DNA of 64,000 nt from Geosiphon pyriformis uo1 (Eukaryota > Fungi > Glomeromycota): the NCBI GenBank assembly GCA_016748015.1, contig JAAOMT010000134.1, forward strand, positions 130,757 to 194,756. The letters are read 5' to 3'. Positions 51,571-64,000 of this stretch are shown one piece after another. The translations under genes and the position numbers were made by a program. The notes under the pieces were generated by a model. It saw nothing but the letters and a program-made list of their open reading frames with translations, ran no database searches and had not been told where the DNA came from. Each line of letters begins with the position of its first letter. Positions within the stretch are counted from its first letter, which is position 1.

Positions 51571-52246
51571 TTATTACATGTATTAGCCACTCTATTTTTA
51601 GATAGTAATTATTAACCTAATTAATGATCTGACCATTAACTTGATTATTGATCTGATTATTGACCTGAACAATAACCTAATCATTAATTTAGTCATTGAT
51701 TTGATTATTGACTACTTTTGATAACTATATAAGTAACAAATTTCTTAGCTATAAAAAAACATGTAAGAATTAAAAGAAAGAAAATAAATAAAATAACAAC
51801 TTTTATTTTAATCATTCTCTTATTGCTAATTTTTTTTTCTCTACCTTTAAGTATCTAAACATCTTAAGATAAAAAATTACTTGTTGATTATTCCTTACTT
51901 TTTTTCTGAAATGTGTAATTACAGTATTTAAAGATTATTAAATAAAGTGTGACTAAAGAGTACATCTAATACTTAATATTGAATTCTAAGAGCACCAACA
52001 TGAAGCATAGAATTATACCAGTGTGTGATTATTTGTTGACAGTATTAATTATCTTTTTACCTTCAGATTCTCTGGTTATCTTTTGAAAAGTATAGCAACT
52101 AAGATATTTTATAAGACTGATTTTACATATTAAATCCATACTCATTTAATTCACTCTTTAAAGTTGAAACCTCTTTGATTCCTTTTATTATTTTACAATC
52201 CTGTTCTCTTTTGCTATCTGTTAGTTTGTTACTCTAATCCATAACA
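51540..52246 (+). repeat. 3' LTR of H
   Basis: Purine tract gaagagaatga then tattatgg...ccataaca inverted termini; about 12-bp tgattattgacc array at 51608-51714; tatataa at 51726. No partner LTR in the window. Confidence 0.7.
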
Positions 52247-52494
52247 GTATAATCAAGTTGTTTAATATTGTTGAATCTTTTGCTGTTAGTTTTGGTCATC
52301 ACAAATTGTGTTTTTTTTTAGAGTTAGGTAGTAATGTATATGTTCATATAGGTGTGTAGTATTGCTTTGTCTAATCTAAATGGCTTACCATATATAATAA
52401 GTATATAAGTTGTATTTAGTTTAACTCACTTAGTTTAAGTCTATATATTAAATAGCAGTTGAGTTTTACTTAATAAATATATAATAATAATAAT
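52247..52494 (+). mobile_element. 3' end of a LINE (ORF2 C-terminus, 3' UTR, (TAA)n tail), the host of element H
   Basis: ESFAVSFGH...VHIGV* matches EFFAVSFGY...VNIGV* at 57538; the UTR matches 57420-57537(-). Confidence 0.8.
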
Positions 52495-53049
52495 GTTTAG
52501 ATTAAAAATTAATTAAGCAATTTACTAAAATTGATTATTAATTAATTTCAAAATATTAATTAATATCTATAAATTTTAAACAATAATAATTATAAAAAAG
52601 TTTGGTTTTTAAAATAAAAATTTATTTTATTAATTTTTAATAATTAATTAATTATTAAAAAAATAATTCTAAGTTAAAATATTTTGAAAAAAATAATTTT
52701 AAATAAGATATATTTTTTCAAAAAAAAAGTTTTTTTTTTATATAATTTATTGTAATATTATGTTAATTTTTTGGTAAATTACAAATTATTTTTACAAATT
52801 ATTAATTATTTTAGTAAATTATTATTTTAATAAATTTATGAATTTTTTGGTAAATTTTTAAATATTATAAAGTTTAAAATATTACATAATCTGATTGCTA
52901 TATTTAATTATATTTATGTAATATATAAATTAAATAATAATAAAAAACTTCTTTTTTTTCATTACAAATTTTCAAAAAAAGTTAACATTTCTAAAAAAAG
53001 TTTTTTTTTTCTGTTTTTACTGCAATATTTCTTATTATTTTTCAAGAAA

Positions 53050-56000
53050 CAAATCTTTTTATTGTTAAGTTAGCTGCTACTATAAATAATTCTGTATCTA
53101 AAAAAAAATAACAAGAATTTTAGTATTAAGTTTAATAAGTAAAAGTTTTGTTTAATAACAAAAAATACTTTTAAATAATATAAAATATTTAAAAAATGAA
53201 ACAAACTTGAAATTTGGAGAAGTCAAACAAATAGTTAAAGTATTTAATAGAATAAATACTAATAATAAAATGCTAATAGTTTTTTTGTTAATAATAGTGC
53301 TAAATATAAAGCTGGCAGTAAGATTAAAAGTTATTTTAACTTGAACATAAATACTCTTAAAGCAAAAAAAATTAATACTAATGGAATAGTTGGTTCTTTT
53401 ATTGAGATTTTGGAATACAGCTTGAATAATAATAAAGTTTTGCTTTTTTTTTGCCTTTTAATATTTTTGAACAAAAAATAAATTGACTCTAAAATTACCA
53501 AAACTCAAGTAGAAATATTTGTCAAGAAATTATTTGTATTGAATATTAATTTTTCAACTATAAAAAAAAATCAATAATAGTAAAAACCCAGTTTATTAAA
53601 AAAAATTTTTTATTAATCAATAATTTTAGGGAGGCCACTATTTTCTCAAAATTTGAAAGAATTATTTGATTAATATTTATATTAAAAAAAAATATGAAAA
53701 GAATCATGTTATTGGCTAAGAATAAAAGAATTATCATAAACAATAATATTAAAAAACAAGAAATTTGTTCAGATTAGACCATAGTTATTAAGGAAATTTT
53801 CATAAATACACCAAAAAAAATAATTGTTGTAGCTCTTTCTGAGTTTGGTCAAATAGTATTAATCTAATTACAATTAATTGGACTGTGACAAAAGACTATA
53901 ATAAAATTTGCCAAATCAAATTAAGCTAATTAATTGGTGGCAAAATAATTATTTCTTATTAGGAAAAATTTAGTACAGATAGTAAAAACAGTAAAAAATT
54001 GTGAAATCTAGATGCTAAGAGATTAGTTTAAAGTGCTTCTGTTTACTTTGTCTGTAAAAACAACTGTTTATAATCTTAGTACTCTATTAAAAAAGATTGA
54101 TAAAAAAACTTGTGTCATAAATTAATTATTTAAAACTGGTAACAGAGTTTCCTATACTGTGGTTGGTTTTGAATTGGATAAAAAACTAGAATTTGTCTTT
54201 CATATAAAACTGATTTTTAGTAATATAAAACTCTTTTGGATTAGAATAAATTTGGTTTAATGTAAAAAATATAGACATTTTAATTATTTTGCTTTGGAAT
54301 GTAATTTATTTTTAAAAGTATTTAAAAAATTTGTTTTAAATAAAAATTGCCTTTAGCTGGTCAAGTTGTATGCCAAAAAAAACGTTTCTATTTCTCATTC
54401 TGCTGTTTTTGATGACAAGTCATGAATTTAAATAGTCTTAACAGCTTTTGTTTTTAACAATTTATGCTCTGGTTTTGGCTCTTTTTTTTGGTGCTTTGAA
54501 TTCTAAAAAAATAATTCCTTTCACCTCAACAGATAATTCTTTTTTAAATATTTGTTTAGCTTTTTTGGAATGCTTTTTAAAGCTTTTGGCAGATTAAGTG
54601 TCTAGTATTATGCAAAATTTAAGCTTTGTAAATTTGGTATCTTTGGCACTTACTTTTTAATTCTCTTTTTTTACTGTATCTGTACTATTAAATTCGAATT
54701 TAGATTTGGATATGGTTTTGAATAACTCACTTGTATTATCTGTTTCTTTTTTTTCAGTTGTAAATAATAAGATTTTGAATTTGAATTTAAGTAGATCAAA
54801 AATTTTGATCACCAAAATAGGCAGTTTGAAAATAAAAATAATGGCTCTTAAAGTTTTAGTTAATTTGGTTTTGGCAAGATTAAATTAATTGTGCTTTGGC
54901 TTAAGCTTTTTAATATCTTTATTGTTTTAATAACTGATTTGGTATAAAAGCTTACTATATGTAATATTTGAAATATTAATGTTTTTGCAAAGCAAAAAAA
55001 TGTTTTTTATTGATATAAGTATTTAAATAATATGATTTTTATTATTACAAAAACAAAGTTAAGATCTAGTGCTAAGTTATGAATTATAAATAAGTTTGAT
55101 AAAGTGCAAATTTTTATATCTGGTTTAGAAAAGAGTTTTTTTAACACTGAAATGGCTATTATTATAAACAATTCTTTGGCTCAGCATGTTTTTAAAGTAG
55201 AAAAAATTCTTAATCAAATTATTTTAGTATGGCTTCTCTTTAAAGACAAGCTTTCAGTTATAATTTTGGATTTATATATTGGTATTTCTACTGAAACAAA
55301 GTTAGATCAAACTGTGAAAATCAATTTTATTATTATTAAAGCAGTCAACTCTAGCATTTTTGTAGTATTGAGTAAAGATTTTAATGAAAATAAGTCCAAA
55401 AAAAGTGTAAGTTTTTAGTTTTGTTTGGATTTAAATTTGGTCAATTTATTTGGCAAACATTTATTGGTCAAAATTTATACTTAAAACAACTTAAAAAGTG
55501 TTAAAATAATCATAAATTACATTTTTATTAACAAAAATTTATTATCTATGATTGCTAATCATGGAATTAACTCTGTATTTAACTTCTTTAATATTAATTA
55601 CAAAACAATTTTAGTTTTAATTAAATTAAGTAGTCTTTTGAATATTCACTTAAATAATATATGTAAGCAGACCAACAAAAATAAATAAAAATTTAAGATT
55701 AAAAATGTTAATACTGCCAAGTAATTACAGTTTAAAGAATGTTTTTTGGAAAAATTTTTGTTAAATATGGTAGGTTTTAATAATACAAAAAGCCATGATG
55801 ATCTAAATATAATATAAAAATTTTTGAAGAAAGTAGTAGTGAATTTTATTAATAAGGTTTTTTCTAAACATTGGTTTAATAAGTATAAATGTTTAAAGAA
55901 CAAACAATTATTTAAGTTTTTTAAACTTAAATGATTAGTGGCTAATATTATAAAAAATTTATGTTTAAACTGTTCTAAAAAAACTGATTGCCTTTTTGGT

Positions 56001-57395
56001 GTTTGGACTATTATGGATAAAATAAAAGCTTTCAAAATGAAAACCATAATTAGCAGTAATAAAATAACAGATAAGATTTTATATTACTTGTCAAGCATTA
56101 AAAAAAAGTACTGCAAATCTAAGTATTATAAATTCAGAGTTATTAAAAATGATCTTATTAGAAAAGCAATAAAAAAGCATATAGAAAATTTTTGTTTTAA
56201 CAAAAACATATGATTAAGAGCATTTTAGAACTTCTAATTTGAAAAATAGTGCTTAACTATTTGATAATAAATAACAATCTGGTTTTAAAGTCTTGTGAAG
56301 TTAAATTTAATATTGACATAATTATAGAAAAATAGACAAAGAAATATATAGTGTTTAATATTTTATCAGATTAATTGTTCAACCAATATGTTTTCTAAAC
56401 TATGTTGATGATGTTACTTATAAAAAAAACGTATAAAGAGAAATAATAGAAAAACAGATAAACTAATAGGAAAGTAGTAGTTAGTATATGAGCATATTGC
56501 TCAAAAAATTATAGCACATCACTCAAAAATGTAAAGTGATTTCATAGAACCTAAATTATGTATACATAGCAAGAGCATTAGAAGCAGAAAAGACAGAATT
56601 ATTACCAAAACCTTCCTATTATTACATCTTTATTAGAATTATCAAAATCAATAAATAATTATTCACCATTTAAATTACTTTCTAATTATCAACACTTTAT
56701 GTTGATAGTATCAAATACTTGATTATACTGAAACAATAGCTCTTGATTATGGCTATTGATGGGATACTAACTTGCATTTGCCTTAACTTATTTTTTTTCT
56801 TTTATTATTTCTTTTTTTTATTATTTTTGTTTTTTGTTGTTTACTAATTGATTAAAAATCAAATGTGAAATAATTGATATTAAGGATAGCCTGATAAAAG
56901 ACTCTAAAGAAAAAATATAAAAGTTTGAAAATTTAAGGATAGCTTACCAAAAGAGCATCTCTGCCAGATTACTGACTACCATGCTAAGAAAAAAATTTGA
57001 TGGAATTGTAATTCTGAGAGTTACTGAAACACTATTAAATCTCTGTCTATTATACAAAGAACTTAACCAAAATCTTTAAATAATATAGATTATATTAATT
57101 ATTAAGCACCAAGTTACAGATTTGTTATTTGATTTGAAATTCCAAATAATCTTCTATAATAATAATAATGTTTTTTTGAAGGTAATATGTAATATTAATA
57201 TTAATAAGTTTTTACAAATAATTAAAGATCTGTTTAATAAAAAAGCTGCTAGTTTTTTTGGTATTTCTAATGAGCTTTAGAAACATAGTAATATGCAAGT
57301 ATTGAGTAGTCTATTAAATATTTTTAATATGTATTTAGAGTCAAATGCAGTTTTTATACAGTAAAAAAAAATTTAGGTCTTTATAATATTAAAAC
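53050..57395 (+). mobile_element. Highly decayed LINE (ORF1, APE endonuclease, start of RT), split by a solo LTR and cut by the minus-strand LINE
   Basis: QIFISGLEKSFFNTEMAIIINNSLAQHV matches KVFTSGLDVGFLGAGVTLIMNENLAKHV; LFNKKAASFFGISNEL matches LPDGKAAGLSGILNEL. Left edge approximate. Confidence 0.8.
56412..57161 (+). mobile_element. Solo LTR, family 1
   Basis: tgttac...tataata; flanks ATGA (56408-56411) and ATAA (57162-57165); host frame YVDD|NVF rejoins. Confidence 0.85.
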
Positions 57396-57537
57396 TATTT
57401 TTTTATTTTATTAAAGCATTTTAACAAATATAGCCCAATCACTATCTAATACATAGAACCAAACTAAGTGGTTCAAACTAAATGCAATTTACACATTTTC
57501 TACATATGGCTAGCCACTTAGGCCAGACAAGGCAACA

Positions 57538-60500
57538 CTACACACCTATATTAACACGGGGACTACCATCTAAACCAGAAAAAAAAAGACAAGGCCTGCG
57601 ATAGCCAAAGCTAACAGCAAAAAATTCTAGCACACCAAAAAACCTGACCACACTATCTGACAGTACAGAATCCGTACAACAAGAAAGACCTGACAGCACA
57701 CTATCATCACCAACCAAACCAGTCTTCTCTATACATGCCCTGAATTCAGATCTTAACAACCACACTTTGGAATGATGTGACTTGACCAACCTCCCAACCA
57801 AATTGACAAAATTAACAGCTCTTTTCTTCCTATCAAAAACCTCCATAGCTTCCTCACACCACTCTTTCAGCACAAAACCCTTGCATATTATTGAATACAG
57901 GCCAACATCTGAATGGCAAAAATCAAGCACCCGAAAGACAGCAGACAAAGGCAAGCAATAAGCACCAACTGAAGAAGCCCAAAAAACAGAAGTCTCAAAC
58001 AGAACCACCTTCTGAATATCCACATCCTGGACACAAGTAAAAGCATGATTTGGCAATTCCACCTCACCACACAACAACCAAAACACACTAGAATACTTCT
58101 TATCATAAAGCCTTTTATGAACAGCAACAGGCAATCTGTGATGCACAGCTTTTATTATATACATATACAAAGCAGCCGACTTCTAACTAGTAAATCCTGC
58201 AAGCATGTGTAAATCAGGGTGCTACACCCTTGAGGTAGAGACCCAATTCACATCACCCACCAACACTCTTGAAATTATGCCGCAACCAGGACCCACTTCC
58301 CAACAAGTCCTGCAAACAGACCTAAACACATTTCGAACAAAGTAACAAGTATTGCCAGACACAGCCAAGCCCTCAGCCATCAGAAAATGTTTCTGCACTC
58401 TCACAAACAAAGAAACCAGATAACCTGCTGCTTCGCCAGCCAATGTATTAGCCTTGACATTGTCAGCCACTTCAGAATAATCTTTAACCTTGATCCAATG
58501 CACAGTAAAATCTTTAACCTGGACTAAATTGTAAATATGCCTTCTTTCCATCCAGCAATAATTACAGAAGTTGGGAGAGGCTAAGACCATCTCAGACACA
58601 CATGCATCAATAGCAGCTTAACTATCAAGATACACATTCATACCACAGAAGGATGGAACACACTCCAAAGCCAAGGCAACTGCCTGTAATTCAGCCATTG
58701 TAGAAGAAAGAAGGCCCCGAACCCCAATGCCAATGCCCATGTCCAAAGCCAGAAAATATGTAGCAGCCCCACACATGACCCCAGCAGAACCAGCATTCTT
58801 TGAAGAACCATCAGTATAGACTTCAAAACCATTAGACCAGACTTCATGCAAGCTATTCCAAATATCCATAAATTCTTTGGAATCTGAAATGCACAAACCA
58901 GGCAAAGGTAACAAAGAACCCACCATGACAGATTCTAAGGACCTCTTATCATTCAAGAATCTAGAAGTAATCACAAACCAATAAGACACAGAACCCTTAG
59001 GATCTAATCTTTTTCAGCAGCAAAAAGTTTTCCAGTCCATTATTCTCCTTTTTTTATCATATAGTTGGTCATCAAAGGTGACCCCAAAATGCTTTAAAGA
59101 ATGAACACAGACTTCCCCAAGACCAAGGACATTGGAAAAACACCAGGATTATGGAAGACACTGGATAGCACACTTGACAGAGATAACTTATTGTCCAAAA
59201 AAATCCTAACCACACCAGCCAAAAAATTGTTTACTGGGCTAACATGTAACCTCACAGGAAACTGCAAAGAGTCCAAAAGAACCCAACCTAAAACTTGTAA
59301 ATCTAGGAATCAGTGATGAAACAGACGACCAAGAATTCCATGATCATTAGAGAATAAGATAACAGCAGCCAATTTACTCTTAGTCTGGACTTGTTCAAAA
59401 GACTTTAATCTATACAAAAAAAGATGATACAAAGCTTCACTAGGGAAATCACATGGCAAATCTGCTTTAGACTTGATGCCCTTCCTAATCATAACATCCC
59501 ATTTGTGACAAACATTCAATGAAACAAAACTAAACTGAGTCCAGTAGGCAACAATAGACTGCAAGACAGCTGAGACCAAGTATAAAAATTGTTTATCTGT
59601 AACAGCCTTTCTGAGCAAGACATTGGCGAAAAAACAAACATCAGAATGAGCTTTAGTGACACTGAGCTTGGACAATCCCTCCGTGGATAAAAATATACCC
59701 AAGTAATAATATGTTTCATCTTTTTTGGCTATTGAAATTGGCTGTCCACATATACTCAACAAAGCTGTCATAACACCTTGATTGATGGGGATAGCTACTG
59801 TTTTTTTACTGTTGATAAAAATATCATTGATCACAAAAAATTCACTGGCCATGTCCAAAACATACTGAGTAGAGGTCTGACAATTCCCAACCCAAATAGT
59901 ATCATCAACAAATGCACCAGCTGCAAAATAAGATGTCATTCCACCACCACTCTCAATTTGACCTGTTTTTGAAACAAATTTAGTATTGATCCTGTACCCA
60001 CACAATTGTTTATGTCATTTGACTTTACACAAGAGTGGATCATAAAAGATCCTTCACAAAAAGGGTGAGAAAACTTCACCTTGATCCAACCCATTATGAA
60101 CCCTGTAGCTATTTAACAGACCAAAATCAGTCATCACCCTGTTGAATTTATTCTCATGTATATTTCCAAAAAACTCAATAAATCTGCTATACATTTTGAT
60201 ATGATGTAAGCTAGCTTTCAGGTAGTGTCATCCAATAGAATTATATGCTTTTCTCATGTTTTGCAGAACCAACCAAATTTCCCTATTTTTCTCAAGAGCA
60301 TCTTCAATTATTGACCCAACAGCAAACACTGGAGACTGTGTTGATATGCTTTTTAGTACTAAAAAGTTGTCACCTCAGAGAACATTAAACTTGCTATATG
60401 CTAACAAGATACGATCAGATAAAACCTTAGACAGAATTTTTCTAGCAGTCTCAATCAGTGCTATTGGTCGAGTGTTTGTAAGAATGTCATTCCAGTTATA

Positions 60501-62214
60501 TGGCTTAGGAATCATTGAAACCCAAGCTCTTTTCCACAGAGTGGGCATCTTACCAACAATCAAACATGTATTCAACAGCACCAACAGGTATTTTAATACC
60601 TTTTCACCATTATGTTTTTATAATTCATTGAGAATGCCTGACAAACCAGCTGCTTTGCCATCAGGCAGACTATTAATAACCAGGACCAATTTACTTATGT
60701 TAATTGCACACATCACACCAAAGAAGGCATCATCTCTAACATAGCCCAATAGTACATACTGGCTTGTCCATCGATCAGACAGCGCCAGAAGCACCAAACA
60801 TTTTCTCATCCAGCCTTTCATGATTTTATTCACACCTAACTTTACCTTCTCCAGTTCCAAAATCAAACCATCATCTATCACCAAGTAGTCCAATACCATC
60901 TTGTGAAACAGATGATCCAAAACACTCCTAATTATGCCATTCTTGTCCAGACAGAACCTCTTTATGCGCTTTTTGATCACATTCCTAATTGATATCTCCT
61001 CAGCCAACTTTGATTCATACATCTTGGATTTCCTATATTTGCCCTTGACAAGAGACAAATGCTTGAGAATGTCCATCTGTTTCTTATCAGTCTGAACCAT
61101 GCAAGTAACAACAAGAGCCTTATTAGCATCCAACACTGACCATTTTTTTATAAGAAAATTGAAGCCAAAGATGTCAGCCAAACCCAATTTTTTGACAATT
61201 TTTGCAACCAGCAACTCAAGCCCCAAAAATTTAGAGGACTGTTCATTTTTCAAACACTGAAAATTGCTGAACCAATGTTTAGAAAAAATTTTATTTGCAG
61301 ATTCTACCACCATCCCTTCTAAAACTGACTACATCAAGTCTAGATTATTATTCACAGTAGTCACAAAAAACCTATTCTTTGTTTCCAAAAGTCTGGCAGA
61401 AAAACAATCTCTATAATATAACCACTTGGCATTATCTGCATCCTTGATTTTAAACTTCCAATGGTTCCTGTTAACCTGTTTCCACAAGCTATTTAACTAA
61501 ACGTCTAAGAGCCCACTTAACCCAATAGACACCATAATAGAATTATGATTAGTATTAAGAAATCCGAAACAGAAGTGATCTTGTGACCAGCCACTGCTGA
61601 CAACAGACACCCACTCACAAAGATATAATCAATAACTTTCATGACTCCCCTTGAGTTGTCCCAAGTGGGAGCATTGACTAATGAATGTCCCCCAAAATTG
61701 TAGAGACTATTAACTAATGCATTAACTAAGCCAAAATCCACACATTTATTAAAGCTAGAGCTATGTTTGTTCTCATCCTCATTAAAATTACCACTTAATA
61801 TAACAAAAGTACTCTTATTACAAGCCCTGGCTATAAAAGAGTTAACGAGACCAGCCTAAATTGTACGTACAAACCCAACACAAAGACGGATTACTTGTTT
61901 TTGAATAGTAAACAAACCATTAAGAGCCTACCCGGAATCTCAGAAATTTTTGAAACATGCTTGGCTAAATTTTCATTCATAATTAAAGTGACACCTGCAC
62001 CTAAAAACCCAACATCCAGACCTGAAGTAAACACTTTTACACCAGAAAACTTATTCGCAATCCAAGACTTGATACTGGAGCAAAGCTTAATCTCAGTAAC
62101 TATTGAAATATCATTATTTGAAACCATATACCACCTAATAATGTTATCCTGTTTAGCAAAAACATTCATACCTCTAATGTTACAAGTAGCAATCTTCCAG
62201 ACTAAACTACTTAT
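57538..62214 (-). pseudogene. LINE ORF2: APE endonuclease-RT-RNase H-CCHC finger
   Basis: IATCNIRG, GNFN, IDYIF; RPIALIET, QGEVFSP, AFVDDT; VYTDGS...AELQAV...YLDS; (W)LLCGEVELPNHAFTC. Confidence 0.92.
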
Positions 62215-64000
62215 TGGAGAAGAGAATGAATTATCACACCACTGCTAGAATCAAAAGAGTCCAACTTATTCATTATTGTTTTAATTAAATTCTCTAGAAC
62301 CAACAGGCTAGCCTCCAGGCCATCTACTTTCGCAGTTAAAACTCAGGAACCACTTGGAGAAATGTCATGGGTGACAGTAGTGACCACACTAGGCACAGGA
62401 AGAATGAATAACAGATTGTCAACAGTTATATCCAGCACAGGTTTATGCTCGGAAGTGGGTGAAACAACAAAAATTGCTGACAAAACTGCCAACAACCTGT
62501 TCAGCTTACATGAAATGTCAGCTATCTGGTCAGACATATTCTCAAATGAATGCTCAAGGACACTAACATGCGAAGCTAGAATTGCAATCTTGGACATCAA
62601 ACTGCTGGCCAGTCCTATGCCCGTATTGGTTTCAATGAATGGTATAGAAGACAAATTTTTAAGAGAGCCACTTACTACAGAAGCCCAAGTCGCACTACCA
62701 AAAGAGACAAAATGAGACACGGAAGCTTGTTTTTTGGCATAGATGAGCACAAGGTGCCTTTTATCCAAATTGGAACAAAGAAATTTTTTTTTGAAATCCA
62801 GTCCAAAGGTTTTCTCATCATTGCTACATCCAGAGGAAACATGACTAAAGTTGTCACATGTGGCACACTTAGGAGATGACAAATCAGCCCAGATGAAGTT
62901 GATACTCTTAAACACTAGCATAAAGTGAATAGCAGTCTCTCTGGCTTCTTTAGAATCAAAACATATGACAGCACATCAGACTTATGCATAAGATACTGAA
63001 TTCCTAGAAATACAGCAAGTCTTTCCACTATATAACTGGACCAGATTCGAGAAATCATGAACAGTTGTGCCCATCAGCAGAGTGTATAGGAGAGCACAAT
63101 AGCTGTCCCTTAAATTCTACATTTGTTTGTTGGCGTTGGCTTTGGCAACCTGCACCAAGTCCTTACCCAGCAAGATTGACCATTTGGATGCAACCAGGTC
63201 AGTGTTCTAAGAACTCTCAAACTTCACAAGTGCTTTCTGCCAGAGACCAATCAGCTGCATTTTGATTGAAAAAATTTTCCCATACTTGACCAAAGCTGAC
63301 TCAATTGCCAATTTGGACAGATCAATCGGAATTTTCTTGATAATGATTTCCCAATCTGATCATATGCTGATCTTCTTTAGATCAGCATTGACAACAAGAT
63401 TCTCAGACACAGCCAACTGTTTAGCCAAAGTGAGACTGGATTCAAACATGAAAGATGCCCTAACAATGCCTGGAAATTTTGATGGAGTTGACACACCTCC
63501 AAAACTGTTAACTTTGTAGAACAGCTTTTTGACACTCTTGAGTTTGTCATGCAGAGTATTTCCAGGAATGGCTGACAAACCAATGTTGAGTGCAAAGGAT
63601 TTGGTTGGTTTGAAGCAGAATCTCTCTTTAACAGAAGTGACCGAACGAGAAGGGGATTCCAAAAGAACAGAGGAAGATAAGTCTATGTTGACGTCATCAA
63701 CAGTAGAGCCAAAGTCACAGGGCCCCAAAGATGGAACCTTTATCATACCAGAGTTGAAGTGTTTAGTCTTTGGGGTGTTAGTATGAGAGTCCAACAGCTT
63801 ATCACTTTTACTGCCAGCACTGTAGCCTAAGTTTTTGCCCAACTCGCGTCCCAGCTTTTTTTCAGAAGAGATATCTATGTTTTTGTACCAATTGGGCTTG
63901 CTTATAGGTAATTTGAAAGATAAATCAGCTTTGTCTCCCAAGTGTTTGACTTTACCAAGTGAAACCTTTGATTTTTGCCTCAGACTACTATTCACAGAAC
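62211..64000 (-). pseudogene. LINE ORF1 (partial) with CCHC knuckle
   Basis: KCATCDNFSHVSSGC knuckle, coiled-coil-like C-terminal segment, upstream of ORF2. Confidence 0.75.

Larger units (their letters stand above)
36054..52246 (+). mobile_element. Element H: family-3 Ty3/Gypsy element lacking its 5' end, split by I; no dUTPase
   Basis: gag fragment from 36054, CCHC knuckle near 36727, LILDS near 37425, RT/RNase H 38400-39610, integrase rejoining across 40129/50007, ORF3, 3' LTR. Confidence 0.85.
57396..64000 (-). mobile_element. LINE retrotransposon with RNase H, 5' end outside the window
   Basis: ORF1 plus ORF2 (APE, RT, RNase H, CCHC), short 3' UTR and A-rich tail at about 57396-57415. 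Confidence 0.92.

Overview
The window is almost entirely a nested cluster of decayed retrotransposons from an AT-rich eukaryotic genome. The proteins resemble elements I recall from Glomeromycotina fungi such as Geosiphon; this is recall, not a search result. No host gene, RNA gene or CRISPR array is visible. I reconstruct nine Ty3/Gypsy LTR elements (A-I) in three families, one solo LTR and three LINE pieces. Family 1: A (<1-2293,+), B (2294-5382,+), non-autonomous C (5383-8793,-), D (8794-12146,-), E (12147-25914,-, split by F), G (25915-36053,+) and a solo LTR (56412-57161). Family 2: full-length F (14173-24048,-, TSD CCTC) and I (40130-50006,+, TSD ATGG). Family 3: H (36054-52246,+, split by I). 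LINEs with APE endonuclease, RT and RNase H fill 52.2-64 kb. Nearly all frames are broken by C>T/G>A stops, so most short ORF-track entries are fragments or antisense shadows. The LTR elements share an unusual three-ORF layout: (1) one Gag-PR-[Cys-rich domain]-[dUTPase + dUTPase-like domain]-RT-RNase H frame with an apparent GUG start (family 3 lacks the dUTPase); (2) integrase as a separate ORF; (3) a conserved soluble ORF3 in the env position. The best candidate for a new system is that each ORF3 variant is linked to its own short, mostly palindromic repeat array in the adjacent U3, suggesting a cognate protein/binding-site module (transactivator or anti-silencing factor). This is an inference and needs testing.
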